From an uncultured bacterium (GTDB lineage: Bacteria > Actinomycetota > Actinomycetes > S36-B12), in NCBI GenBank assembly GCA_963700745.1, contig CAVOYT010000012.1:169860-233859 (forward strand): a stretch of 64,000 bases of DNA. The letters are read 5' to 3'. Numbering within the stretch: the first letter of the stretch is position 1; each line of letters starts with the position of its first letter. Under the pieces are notes generated by a model. The model saw only the letters and a list, made by a program, of their open reading frames with translations. It did not search any database and was not told the origin of the DNA. Below are positions 1-7,446 of the stretch, piece by piece. A program made the position numbers and the translations under genes.

Positions 1-687
1 CCCACCGCACCGACGTAGGTCACGCGGGTCGCCGTCGATGTGGGGAGCGACGTGCTGCTCGAAGTACTCGGCGTCCTGGACGATGCCCGCGATCACGAGC
101 GGGACGCCCGCCCTCCGCGCCACGTCGATCGCCTCGGCCGTGCCCTTGTGCGGGTGGATGCGGCCGAGGAAGAGCAGGTAGCCGCCGTCGCCGGCGCCGA
201 CCGTGAAGTCGTCGACGTCGATGCCGTGGTGGATCGTGGCCGCGTAGGTGAGGTCCGGATGCCGGTCGGCGTCGCTGATCGCGACGTAGTGGCCGATGTC
301 GTCGTAGGCGCGGTAGACCGGGACGATGCGCTCGGACGAGAAGCCGTGGATCGTCGTGACGACCGGAGTCGAGACGAGTCGGCTGAACGCGAGCGGCAGG
401 AAGTCGAACTGGTTGCTGATGACGTCGAACTCGTCGGCACGCTCGAAGGCCGCCGCGATGTGCAGTGCCTCGTAGACCTTCGCGTCGACCCGTGGATCCT
501 CCTCGTAGCCGGCCGGCGCCTCGGCGTGCAGGCGCGCGGTCGTCGTCGAGTCGGCGGTGGCGAAGAGGGTGACGTCGTGGCCGCGCGCGACGAGGCCCTC
601 CGTCAGCGTGGCGGCCACCTGCTCCCACGGCCCGTAGGAGCGTGGCGGCACGCTGTGGGCGATCGAGGCGAGCACGGCGATCCTGAC
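1..687 (-). CDS. Glycosyltransferase family 4 (GT-B fold), 3' end beyond left window edge
   Basis: Absent from the ORF track because it runs off the edge. My reverse translation gives (V)RIAVLASIAHSVPPRSYGPWEQVAATLTEGLVARGHDVTLFATADS...GYLLFLGRIHPHKGTAEAIDVARRAGVPLVIAG. GGAGGA RBS at 698-693. The codon at the expected start is GTC (687-685); the next in-frame GTG is at 675. Confidence 0.75.
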
Positions 688-888
688 GAGGTCCTCCAGA
701 CGTCGAATACCTTGAAAGTACAGGGAATTTCGGCCCTCGAATCACTGGTATCCTCGAAGGGCAGATAACGCCGGTCTCAGCACCGGCGCTCGAGCCGCCT
801 CTGCGGTCGACGATCTCGGGATGACGCCCCTCCCAGTCATGTATGGCAGCACTCGGCTGCAGAGCACAGTTGCGGAAAGCAGACCTCT

Positions 889-2024
889 ATGCCCGTTCGA
901 TTCGGAATCCTCGCCACCTACACCCCCACCCAGTGCGGGATCGCCACCTTCACCGAGGCCCTGACCCTGCACCTCCAGCGACTCGGGGCCGAGGTCGGCG
1001 TCGTCCGCATGGTCGACGAGCCGCAGCCGCAGCTCCTCCCCGTCGTGCACCAGTGGGTGCTCGAGCAGGCCTGACGATGCCGCGGTCGTCTCAAGCGTCC
1101 TCGACGACTACGACATCGCGGTCGATCCAGCACGAGTACGGCATCTTCGGCGGCCCGGACGGCGAGGACGTCCTCGACGTCGTCGACCAGCTCACCGTCC
1201 CGCTCGTCACCGTGCTGCACACCGTCCTCACCGATCCGACGCCGAACCAGCACCGGGTCCTCGCGGCCCTGTGCGCGGCGTCGTCGGCGATCGTCACCAT
1301 GACGGAGACCGCACGCGGCCGGCTCATCGCCGGCTGGGGCGTGCACCCGTCGCGCGTCACCGTCATCACGCACGGCGCCGAGGACAACCGGGCCGACCCC
1401 CTCGACAACCGGCCCACCCTCGGCCTGCGACCCACCGTGCTCACGTGGGGCCTGCTCGGCGAGGGCAAGGGCATCGAGTGGGCGCTGCTCGCGCTGGCCC
1501 AGCTGCGCGACATCACGCCCGTGCCGCTCTACCGCATCGTCGGGCAGACGCACCCCCGCGTCCTCGAGCACGACGGCGAGGCCTACCGCGACCGCCTCGT
1601 CGGGATGACTCACGAGCTCGACCTCACCTCGATGGTGCGCTTCGACGCGCAGTACCTGTCCGGCCCCGTGCTGCGGCAGATCGTGCGCGACGCCGACGTC
1701 ATCCTGCTGCCGTACGACTCCCGCGACCAGGTGACGTCGGGCGTCCTGACCGAGGCCGTCGCCGCCGGCAAGCCGGTCATCTCCACCGCCTTCCCGCATG
1801 CCGTCGAGCTGCTGTCGGACGGCGCCGGCCTGCTCGTGCCGCAGCGCGACCCCGGCGCGCTCGCGTCGGCCCTGCGGCGCGTCCTGACCGAGCACGGACT
1901 GGCCGACTCGATGGCCGCCACGTCGCGCGAGCTGGCGGTGTCGCAGCTGTGGCCGGCGATCGCGGCCAGCTACATCAGCCTCGGGCGCTCGCTGCTCGCG
2001 ACGACCTCGCTGTCCGTCGCCTGA
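889..2024 (+). pseudogene. Glycosyltransferase family 4, reading frame broken as sequenced (at least 2 frame changes near 1060-1130)
   Basis: N-terminus MPVRFGILATYTPTQCGIATFTEAL (ORF 889..1074). DDAAVVSSVLDDYDIAV follows in a third frame. The rest, QHEYGIFGG...LTWGLLGEGKGIEW...ILLPYDSRDQVTSGVLTEAVAAGKPVISTAFPHAVELL, is in the ORF 843..2024 frame. The stop overlaps the next ATG (TGATG at 2022-2026). Confidence 0.7.
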
Positions 2025-3065
2025 TGCGGCCGGGCCTCTCGTTCGATCACCTCACCCGCCTCACGACGCCGCTGGGCGTGTACGAGCATGCCCTCGGCGA
2101 CTCGCCGCGCACCGAGCATGCCTACTGCGTCGACGACGTCGCCCGCGCGCTGGTCGTCACCGCTCGCGTGCCCGAGCCGTCCGCGGAGGTGCGCGCCCTG
2201 GCCGACGGGTACCTCGACTTCGTGCTGGCCGCTCTGCGTCCCGACGGCTACCTGCACAACCGGCGTCGCCTCGACGGCACCTGGAGCGACCGGCCCTCGT
2301 CCGACGACCACTGGGGACGCGCCCTGTGGGCGATGGGCACCGCCGCAGCCAGCAGCGACGATCCCGACCTCGCCGAGCGTGCCCGCGCGGGCGCCGGCCA
2401 TCGCGCTGCGCTCGCGATCGACCTGGCCCCGGGCGATGGCCTACGCCGCCCTCGGCGCCGGCCAGCTGCTCCGTGCCACCCCCGACGACGTCGCCGCGCT
2501 CCGCTTCCTCGAGGACGCCCGACGCGTCCTGGGCCGGCCCGGCACCGACTCCTCCTGGCCGTGGCCCGAGGATCGCCTGACCTACGCCAACGCCGTGCTG
2601 CCCGAGGCGATGATCGTCATCGGCGGCGCGCTCGGCGACGACGTCATCCTCGACGACGGCCTGCTGCTCCTCGACTGGCTCGTGGACGTAGCAGCAGCGC
2701 GACGGGCACCTGTCCGTCGTGCCCTCGACCGGCTGGTCGCGCAAGGACCGGCGGCCCGGCTCGTGCAGCTCGCGCGTCCGGGCTACGCCCAGCAGCCCAT
2801 CGAGGTCGCCGTGCTCGCGGAGGCCTGCCGCACGGCCTACGCCGCCACGGGGGACCGTCGATGGACGATCGTCATCGAGCAGTGCAACGCCTGGTTCGTC
2901 GGCGCCAACGACGGCGGCGTGCGCATGTGCGACCCGGTGACCGGCGCCGGCTTCGACGGGCTCGAGCGCCACGGAGCCAGCGTGAACCAGGGTGCCGAGT
3001 CGACGCTCGCCTGGCTGTCGACCCTGCAGATCGCGCTGATGCCGCAGCTCGCGATCGCCCGATGA
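2024..3065 (+). pseudogene. Conserved hypothetical protein of the GT/GH130 cluster, frame broken as sequenced (about 3 changes near 2400, 2700, 2780)
   Basis: MRPGLSFDHLTRLTTPLGVYEHALGDSPRTEHAYCVDDVARALVV...HWGRALWAMGTAA is in the 1271..4561 frame. AMAYAALGAGQLL...WPWPEDRLTYANAVLPEAMIV...NQGAESTLAWLSTLQ is in the 2088..3065 frame. A short piece, VVPSTGWSRKDRRPG, is in the 2719..2940 frame. ATGA overlap with the next gene at 3062-3065. Confidence 0.5.
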
Positions 3066-4561
3066 CCCCCGACCCGCAGTGGGTCCACCGCACCGACCAC
3101 GTCCTGCGACCCGACACCGCCCGCGTCGTGAGCAGGATCTTCCTGCCCGGCCAGGAGGCCTCGCAGCACGGCGAGTCACGATCCGCCGTCATCCTCGAGC
3201 GCGTCCTCGACCTCACCGACGACGAGGTCGATGAGCAGCTTGCGGCGGTCCGGGCCGCCTTCACGCACCGGCACCGCGACCTCGAGGACACCTGGGCGAG
3301 GCACTTCGCCCTGATGGAGCACCGCCTCGTGGGGGCCGCTCGGCTCCCGTTGAACCGCCGCCGGCTCATCGGCGCGTACTTCACCCAGGAGTTCGCGATC
3401 GAGGGCGCGGCACTGTTCAACCCGTCGATGGTCCCGCACCCCGACCAGACCGGACTGCCCGCCGGCGCGACCCGCTTCCTCATGACCGTCCGCGCGGTCG
3501 GCGAGGGCCACATCTCGAGCGTCGAGCTGCGGACCGGCACCATCGACGAGGCGGGCGTGCTCGCGCTGGATCCGCCCGCCGACGTCGCCGTCCTTCCGGC
3601 GGTCAAGGCCACCCGCTACTCACGCGAGGCGTTCCGGCAGCAGCTGGCCGACCTCGACGGCACCGGCACCAACTCGGGCTTCGTGCTCGACGCCCTCCCC
3701 GAGTCGTTCTCGCGGGAGGACCTCACCGTCACCCTGGACGAGCTGCGAGACCAGCGACTCACCCGCGGCGCGGCCGTGCGGACGATCGACCGGTTCGAGT
3801 GGATCGCCGCCTGCAGCTACACCGCCGAGTTCCCCGAGGACTCCGGTGTCCAGGAGCGCGTGCTCATGCCGACGGCTCCGTCCGAGAGCCATGGGATCGA
3901 GGACGTGCGCATGCTGCGCTTCACCGAGGACGACGGGACCACCCGCTACCTCGGCACCTACACGGCCTACGACGGCCAGAGCATCGCCTCGCAGCTCATC
4001 GAGACCGACGACTTCCGCACCTTCGACGTGACGCAGCTCAGCGGGCCGGGATCGAAGAACAAGGGCATGGCGCTGTTCCCGCGACGCATCGACGGCCGCT
4101 ACGTGGCCCTGTCACGCGCCGACCGCGAGAGCAACGGCGTGACGACCTCGAGCGACCTGCGGCACTGGGACCAGCCGGTGCTGATCCAGACCCCCGACCG
4201 CCCGTGGGAGATCGTGCAGCTCGGCAACTGCGGCCCGCCCGTCGAGACCGAGGCGGGCTGGCTCGTGCTGACCCACGGCGTCGGACCGATGCGGCAGTAC
4301 GCCATCGGCGCGCTGCTGCTCGACCTCGACGATCCGACCATCGTGCTCGGCCGGCTCGCCACTCCCCTGCTCACGCCGGCCGCCGACGAGCGCGACGGCT
4401 ACGTGCCCAACGTCGTCTACTCCTGCGGCGGCATGCTCCACGGCCGGACACTCGTCCTGCCCTACGGCTGCAGCGACTCGGCCACCCGGATCGCCCTCGT
4501 CGACCTCGATCCCCTGCTCGCCGCGCTCACCTCCGACCCCACCACCAAGGAGACCCCATGA
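3062..4561 (+). CDS. GH130-like glycosidase/glycoside phosphorylase with a ~190-aa N-terminal extension
   Basis: Intact 499-aa frame inside track ORF 1271..4561. The C-terminal half reads GIEDVRMLRF...YTAYDG...NKGMALFPRRIDGRYVALSR...GWLVLTHGVGPMRQYAIGALLLDLDDP...YVPNVVYSCG, typical of GH130 beta-propeller enzymes. ATGA overlaps on both sides. Confidence 0.75.
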   Translation: MTPDPQWVHRTDHVLRPDTARVVSRIFLPGQEASQHGESRSAVILERVLDLTDDEVDEQLAAVRAAFTHRHRDLEDTWARHFALMEHRLVGAARLPLNRRRLIGAYFTQEFAIEGAALFNPSMVPHPDQTGLPAGATRFLMTVRAVGEGHISSVELRTGTIDEAGVLALDPPADVAVLPAVKATRYSREAFRQQLADLDGTGTNSGFVLDALPESFSREDLTVTLDELRDQRLTRGAAVRTIDRFEWIAACSYTAEFPEDSGVQERVLMPTAPSESHGIEDVRMLRFTEDDGTTRYLGTYTAYDGQSIASQLIETDDFRTFDVTQLSGPGSKNKGMALFPRRIDGRYVALSRADRESNGVTTSSDLRHWDQPVLIQTPDRPWEIVQLGNCGPPVETEAGWLVLTHGVGPMRQYAIGALLLDLDDPTIVLGRLATPLLTPAADERDGYVPNVVYSCGGMLHGRTLVLPYGCSDSATRIALVDLDPLLAALTSDPTTKETP

Positions 4562-4965
4562 CCACCGCCACCGTCCTGTACGGCGACATCCTCACCTCGC
4601 CCCGCCAGGAGAAGCCCTGGGGCCACGAGGTCATCTTCGCCACCGGCGAGAACGGCTACGTCGGCAAGCTCATCTCGGTGCGGGCCGGGCACGCGCTCAG
4701 CCTGCAGTACCACGACGACAAGGACGAGACCATCAGCGTCCTGTCCGGCGAGGCTCACCTCGAGCACGGGCCGAACGCCGACCGCCTTCGGACGCGGATC
4801 ATGCGACCCGGTCACACCGTGCACCTGTCCCCCACCGTCGTCCACCGCCTCACGGCGATCACCGACGTGCAGTTCGTCGAGGTGTCCACGGCAGCGCCCG
4901 GCTGGCGCGACGACGTCGTGCGGCTCTCGGACCGCTACGGACGCACGGGTACCAACGCGCCGTGA
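4558..4965 (+). CDS. Cupin-fold protein, type II phosphomannose-isomerase-like
   Basis: MTTATVLYGDILTSPRQEKPWGHEVIFA...GKLISVRAGHALSLQYHDDKDETISVLSGEAHL. ATGA overlap with the GH130 stop. Confidence 0.7.
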   Translation: MTTATVLYGDILTSPRQEKPWGHEVIFATGENGYVGKLISVRAGHALSLQYHDDKDETISVLSGEAHLEHGPNADRLRTRIMRPGHTVHLSPTVVHRLTAITDVQFVEVSTAAPGWRDDVVRLSDRYGRTGTNAP

Positions 4966-4990
4966 CGGTCGGTTGCGACCAACCAGCCGG

Positions 4991-5006
4991 TGAACTAGTT
5001 TGTTCA
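4991..5006. promoter_or_regulatory. AT-rich palindrome TGAAC-N6-GTTCA directly upstream of the antitoxin start; putative vapBC operator
   Basis: The sequence tgaactagtttgttca ends 2 nt before the ATG at 5008. It is a locally AT-rich patch in a GC-rich genome. Type II TA operons are typically autoregulated at such palindromes. Confidence 0.35.
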
Positions 5007-5007
5007 T

Positions 5008-5253
5008 ATGAGTATCGAGATCGGTGTGTTCGAAGCCAAGACCCGCCTCTCGGAACTGGTGGAGCAGGTCGCCCAGGGCGGTGAGGACGTGCTCATCACC
5101 AAGCGAGGCAAGCCGGCGGCCCGGCTGGTCCCGGTGGGGCCGAGCGGCTCGACGGTGGAGGACGCGCTGGCCCTCCTCCTTGCCGCACGTCAGGCGTCCC
5201 GCCCGGGCGACGGCACCCTTCGTGAGCTGATCGACGATGGGCGGAGCCGATGA
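5008..5253 (+). CDS. vapB: Type II antitoxin, Phd/YefM-like
   Basis: MSIEIGVFEAKTRLSELVEQVAQGGEDVLITKRGKPAARLVPV. 4-nt overlap with the downstream PIN toxin gene. Confidence 0.85.
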   Translation: MSIEIGVFEAKTRLSELVEQVAQGGEDVLITKRGKPAARLVPVGPSGSTVEDALALLLAARQASRPGDGTLRELIDDGRSR

Positions 5254-5657
5254 GGGTTGTCCTCGACGCGTCAATGGCCCTGACGTTCGTCCTCGAGGAC
5301 GAGTTCACTCCCCTGTCCGAACGGGTGCTGCTGCGCGACGTAGCGTCCGATGGCGCTCTGGTGCCGTGCCTGTGGGACGTCGAGGTTCTCAACGGCCTGC
5401 GCAGCGCCGAACGGCGCGGCCGGATCAGCCCCGCGGCGCTGACAGCGGCGATCCACGGCCTGTCCAGACTGCCGATAGACCGGGATACCCGACCGATGGA
5501 CGGTGTCCGCCTCACTGACGTCGCACGGGAGTTCGGCCTGAGTGCTTACGACGCGGCATATCTCGCCCTCGCCATGGACACGAACCTTCCGCTGGCCTCC
5601 CTGGACGCAGGCCTGCGCGACGCCGCGGCGCGGGCCGGCGTCGCTCTGGTCGCGTAG
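5250..5657 (+). CDS. vapC: PIN-domain ribonuclease toxin VapC
   Basis: MRVVLDASMALTFVLEDE...LSAYDAAYLALAMDTNLPLASLD carries the PIN acidic residues. Translationally coupled to the antitoxin. Confidence 0.85.
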   Translation: MRVVLDASMALTFVLEDEFTPLSERVLLRDVASDGALVPCLWDVEVLNGLRSAERRGRISPAALTAAIHGLSRLPIDRDTRPMDGVRLTDVAREFGLSAYDAAYLALAMDTNLPLASLDAGLRDAAARAGVALVA

Positions 5658-5662
5658 CCGGG

Positions 5663-6091
5663 TCAGTCCGCGTCGCGCACGCTGCGCAGCCGCTTGGTCA
5701 TGCCGCGGCTCTTCTTCTCCTTGATCCGCCGGTCGTTGGCCGAACGACTGGGCTTGGTCGGGCGCCGGGTCCGCGGCGGCGGGGCCATCGCCTCGTTCAG
5801 GGTGTCGACGAGCCGGCGCTCGGCGGCCCGGCGGTTCTGGAACTGCGAGCGCTGCTCGGACGCCGTGATCGTCAGGCAGCCGTCCTGCAGGCGCGCGCCG
5901 AGCCGGTGGAGCGCGCGCTGCTTCAGGTGCTCGGGAACGCTCGGGCTGTTGCGCAGGTCGAAGACCAGCTGGACGCGCGAGTCCGTGGTGTTGACGCTCT
6001 GCCCGCCGGGGCCGCCGGACCGGCTGAACCGCCACGTGAGCTCGTGGGCGGGGATGACGACGGAGCCTCTGATCCGCAGGCCGTCGTCCAT
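5663..6091 (-). CDS. arfB: Alternative ribosome-rescue factor ArfB (GGQ peptidyl-tRNA hydrolase)
   Basis: IPAHELTWRFSRSGGPGGQSVNTTDSRVQLVFD plus the basic C-terminal tail RRPTKPSRSANDRRIKEKKSRG. Confidence 0.9.
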   Translation of the reverse strand: MDDGLRIRGSVVIPAHELTWRFSRSGGPGGQSVNTTDSRVQLVFDLRNSPSVPEHLKQRALHRLGARLQDGCLTITASEQRSQFQNRRAAERRLVDTLNEAMAPPPRTRRPTKPSRSANDRRIKEKKSRGMTKRLRSVRDAD

Positions 6092-6134
6092 GCCTCAAGG
6101 ATGGCGCACCGAACGATGCAGGACGCGCTTGGCG

Positions 6135-6437
6135 CTACTGCGGGGCGTCGTCGACAAGGATGTCGAAGCTCGCGACGTCGTTCTCGACACCGGTGACGGT
6201 GACCGTCAGGCCGTAGGTGCTGTCACCGGCGGTGAGCTCGCAGCGCATCGTCGTGCCGGTCTCGGCGGTGAGGTCGCCGGGGCAGGTCACCGAGTCCGGT
6301 GCCACCCCTACCGAAGACTCAAGCTGAGTGCTCACCTGCTGCTCGAGATCCGCCTGCGAGACGGCGCCGGTCGTGGAGCACCCAGCCAAGACGAGGAGTG
6401 CCGGAGCGAGGAAGATGATGGACTTCATGGTGCGCAT
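6135..6437 (-). CDS. DUF4333-type lipoprotein
   Basis: Lipobox in MKSIIFLAPALLVLAGCS, then VSQADLEQQVSTQLESSVGVAPDSVTCPGDL...MRCELTAGD. Confidence 0.8.
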   Translation of the reverse strand: MRTMKSIIFLAPALLVLAGCSTTGAVSQADLEQQVSTQLESSVGVAPDSVTCPGDLTAETGTTMRCELTAGDSTYGLTVTVTGVENDVASFDILVDDAPQ

Positions 6438-6510
6438 GCTGACCTCCGATGGCCGTTCGGGCCGACGCCGCCCCCTGCTGCGTCCGTGCCCGGACGAACT
6501 GCGGCCGACG

Positions 6511-6690
6511 CTAGCAGTCTGAGTCGTCGGAGTCTCGCGGCAGCGTGATGACGACGCGACCCTCGTTCAGGAGCTTGTCGCCCGGGCTCGGCGTCGGAAT
6601 CACGGCCTCGTGCTGGCGCTCCAGTTCCTCACGGGCTCGGGCCGCGCCGGGGTTGAACACCTCGTCCAAGACGCCGAAACCACCAGCCAT
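6511..6690 (-). CDS. Small conserved protein (59 aa), DUF6191-like
   Basis: Below the track size cutoff. My translation is MAGGFGVLDEVFNPGAARAREELERQHEAVIPTPSPGDKLLNEGRVVITLPRDSDDSDC, with a TAG stop at 6511-6513. Confidence 0.55.
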   Translation of the reverse strand: MAGGFGVLDEVFNPGAARAREELERQHEAVIPTPSPGDKLLNEGRVVITLPRDSDDSDC

Positions 6691-6735
6691 GCCTCGATTC
6701 TACGGGCTTGCGGCCACCGGCCTCCCTGGTCGGAG

Positions 6736-6800
6736 CGATGCGGTCGTCACTTGTGGTGGGTTTCCGACGCAGAAGACCCGCCACAAGTGACGACGCATCG
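6736..6800. repeat. Intergenic palindromic repeat, subfamily A copy 1
   Basis: Arms are cgatgcggtcgtcacttgtggtgggt and acccgccacaagtgacgacgcatcg (about 25 bp, 1 mismatch plus 1 bulge), with a 14-nt loop. The arm is near-identical to the one at 48428-48451. Lies just 3' of the methyltransferase stop. Confidence 0.7.
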
Positions 6801-6813
6801 GGGGTGGGGCGAG

Positions 6814-7362
6814 CTAGGCGCGCTGGGCGAGCAGCCAGATGAAGCTCTGCGTCCCGCCGGTCGGGGTGACGTGCTCCTCGCGCCGGGTGTCCAGGACGGT
6901 GAAGCCCTCCCCCATCGCCTCGGCGAGCTCGTCGTGCGCGTAGCGGGTGATCGGCAGGCCGGAGCACATCTCGGGGCCGTCCTCGGCGAAGGTCGCCACG
7001 ATGACGTGCCCACCGTGCGGCACGCTCTCGCGCACCAGGTGCCAGTAGCGCTGCTGGTCGTCGGGGTCGGTGAGGAAGTGATAGGCCGCCCGGTCATGCC
7101 ACACGTCGAACGTGCGGTCCGGCTGCCAGTCCCGGATGTCCGTGACCACCCAGGTGACCGGCGAGTCGCCGATGCGCGCGTGCGCGGCGTTGAGCGCCTG
7201 CTGGCTGAGGTCGACGACGGTGACGTCGCGGTAGCCCGCGTCGAGCAGGCGGTCGACGAGCCGGCTCGCTCCCCCGCCCACGTCGACCACGCTCGCGGAG
7301 TGATCCGCCACCGCCTCGATCAGCTCCAGGCTCACCTGCGGGGTGTCCTGGAACCACGACAC
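6814..7362 (-). CDS. Class I SAM-dependent methyltransferase
   Basis: VVDVGGGASRLVDRLLDAGYRDVTVVDLS is SAM motif I. The in-frame upstream peptide SSEYWDHRYATIGDTN, and a GTG at 7450 that overlaps the UPF0182 stop (GTGA), suggest the true start is at 7450 with one frame change near 7430. Confidence 0.8.
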   Translation of the reverse strand: MSWFQDTPQVSLELIEAVADHSASVVDVGGGASRLVDRLLDAGYRDVTVVDLSQQALNAAHARIGDSPVTWVVTDIRDWQPDRTFDVWHDRAAYHFLTDPDDQQRYWHLVRESVPHGGHVIVATFAEDGPEMCSGLPITRYAHDELAEAMGEGFTVLDTRREEHVTPTGGTQSFIWLLAQRA

Positions 7363-7446
7363 GTTCGTGTCCCCGATCGTCGCGTACCGGTGGTCCCAGT
7401 ACTCGCTGCTGCCGGGGGCGGGGGCGCTCGTGGTCGGTTCCGGCGC

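Noticed and set aside
700-888. Possible small ORFs in the divergent GT4/GT4 intergenic region (track ORFs 742..1050 and 843..).
   Set aside because: Their translations are not protein-like. The region is better explained as a shared promoter region, and 843.. is only the frame that later carries the GT4 body.
1271-4561. Very long track ORFs that span several genes or run antisense. Examples: 1271..4561 (1096 aa), 36634..39054 (806 aa), 8145..9386, 25347..26510, 34650..36128, 46586..47752, 59149..60945, 40..768 and 20..745.
   Set aside because: These are GC-rich shadow frames. Their translations are Arg/Pro/Gly/Ala-rich low-complexity strings with no recognisable motifs. Only the sub-segments that coincide with motif-bearing genes were kept (for example 3062-4561 and 36634-37578).
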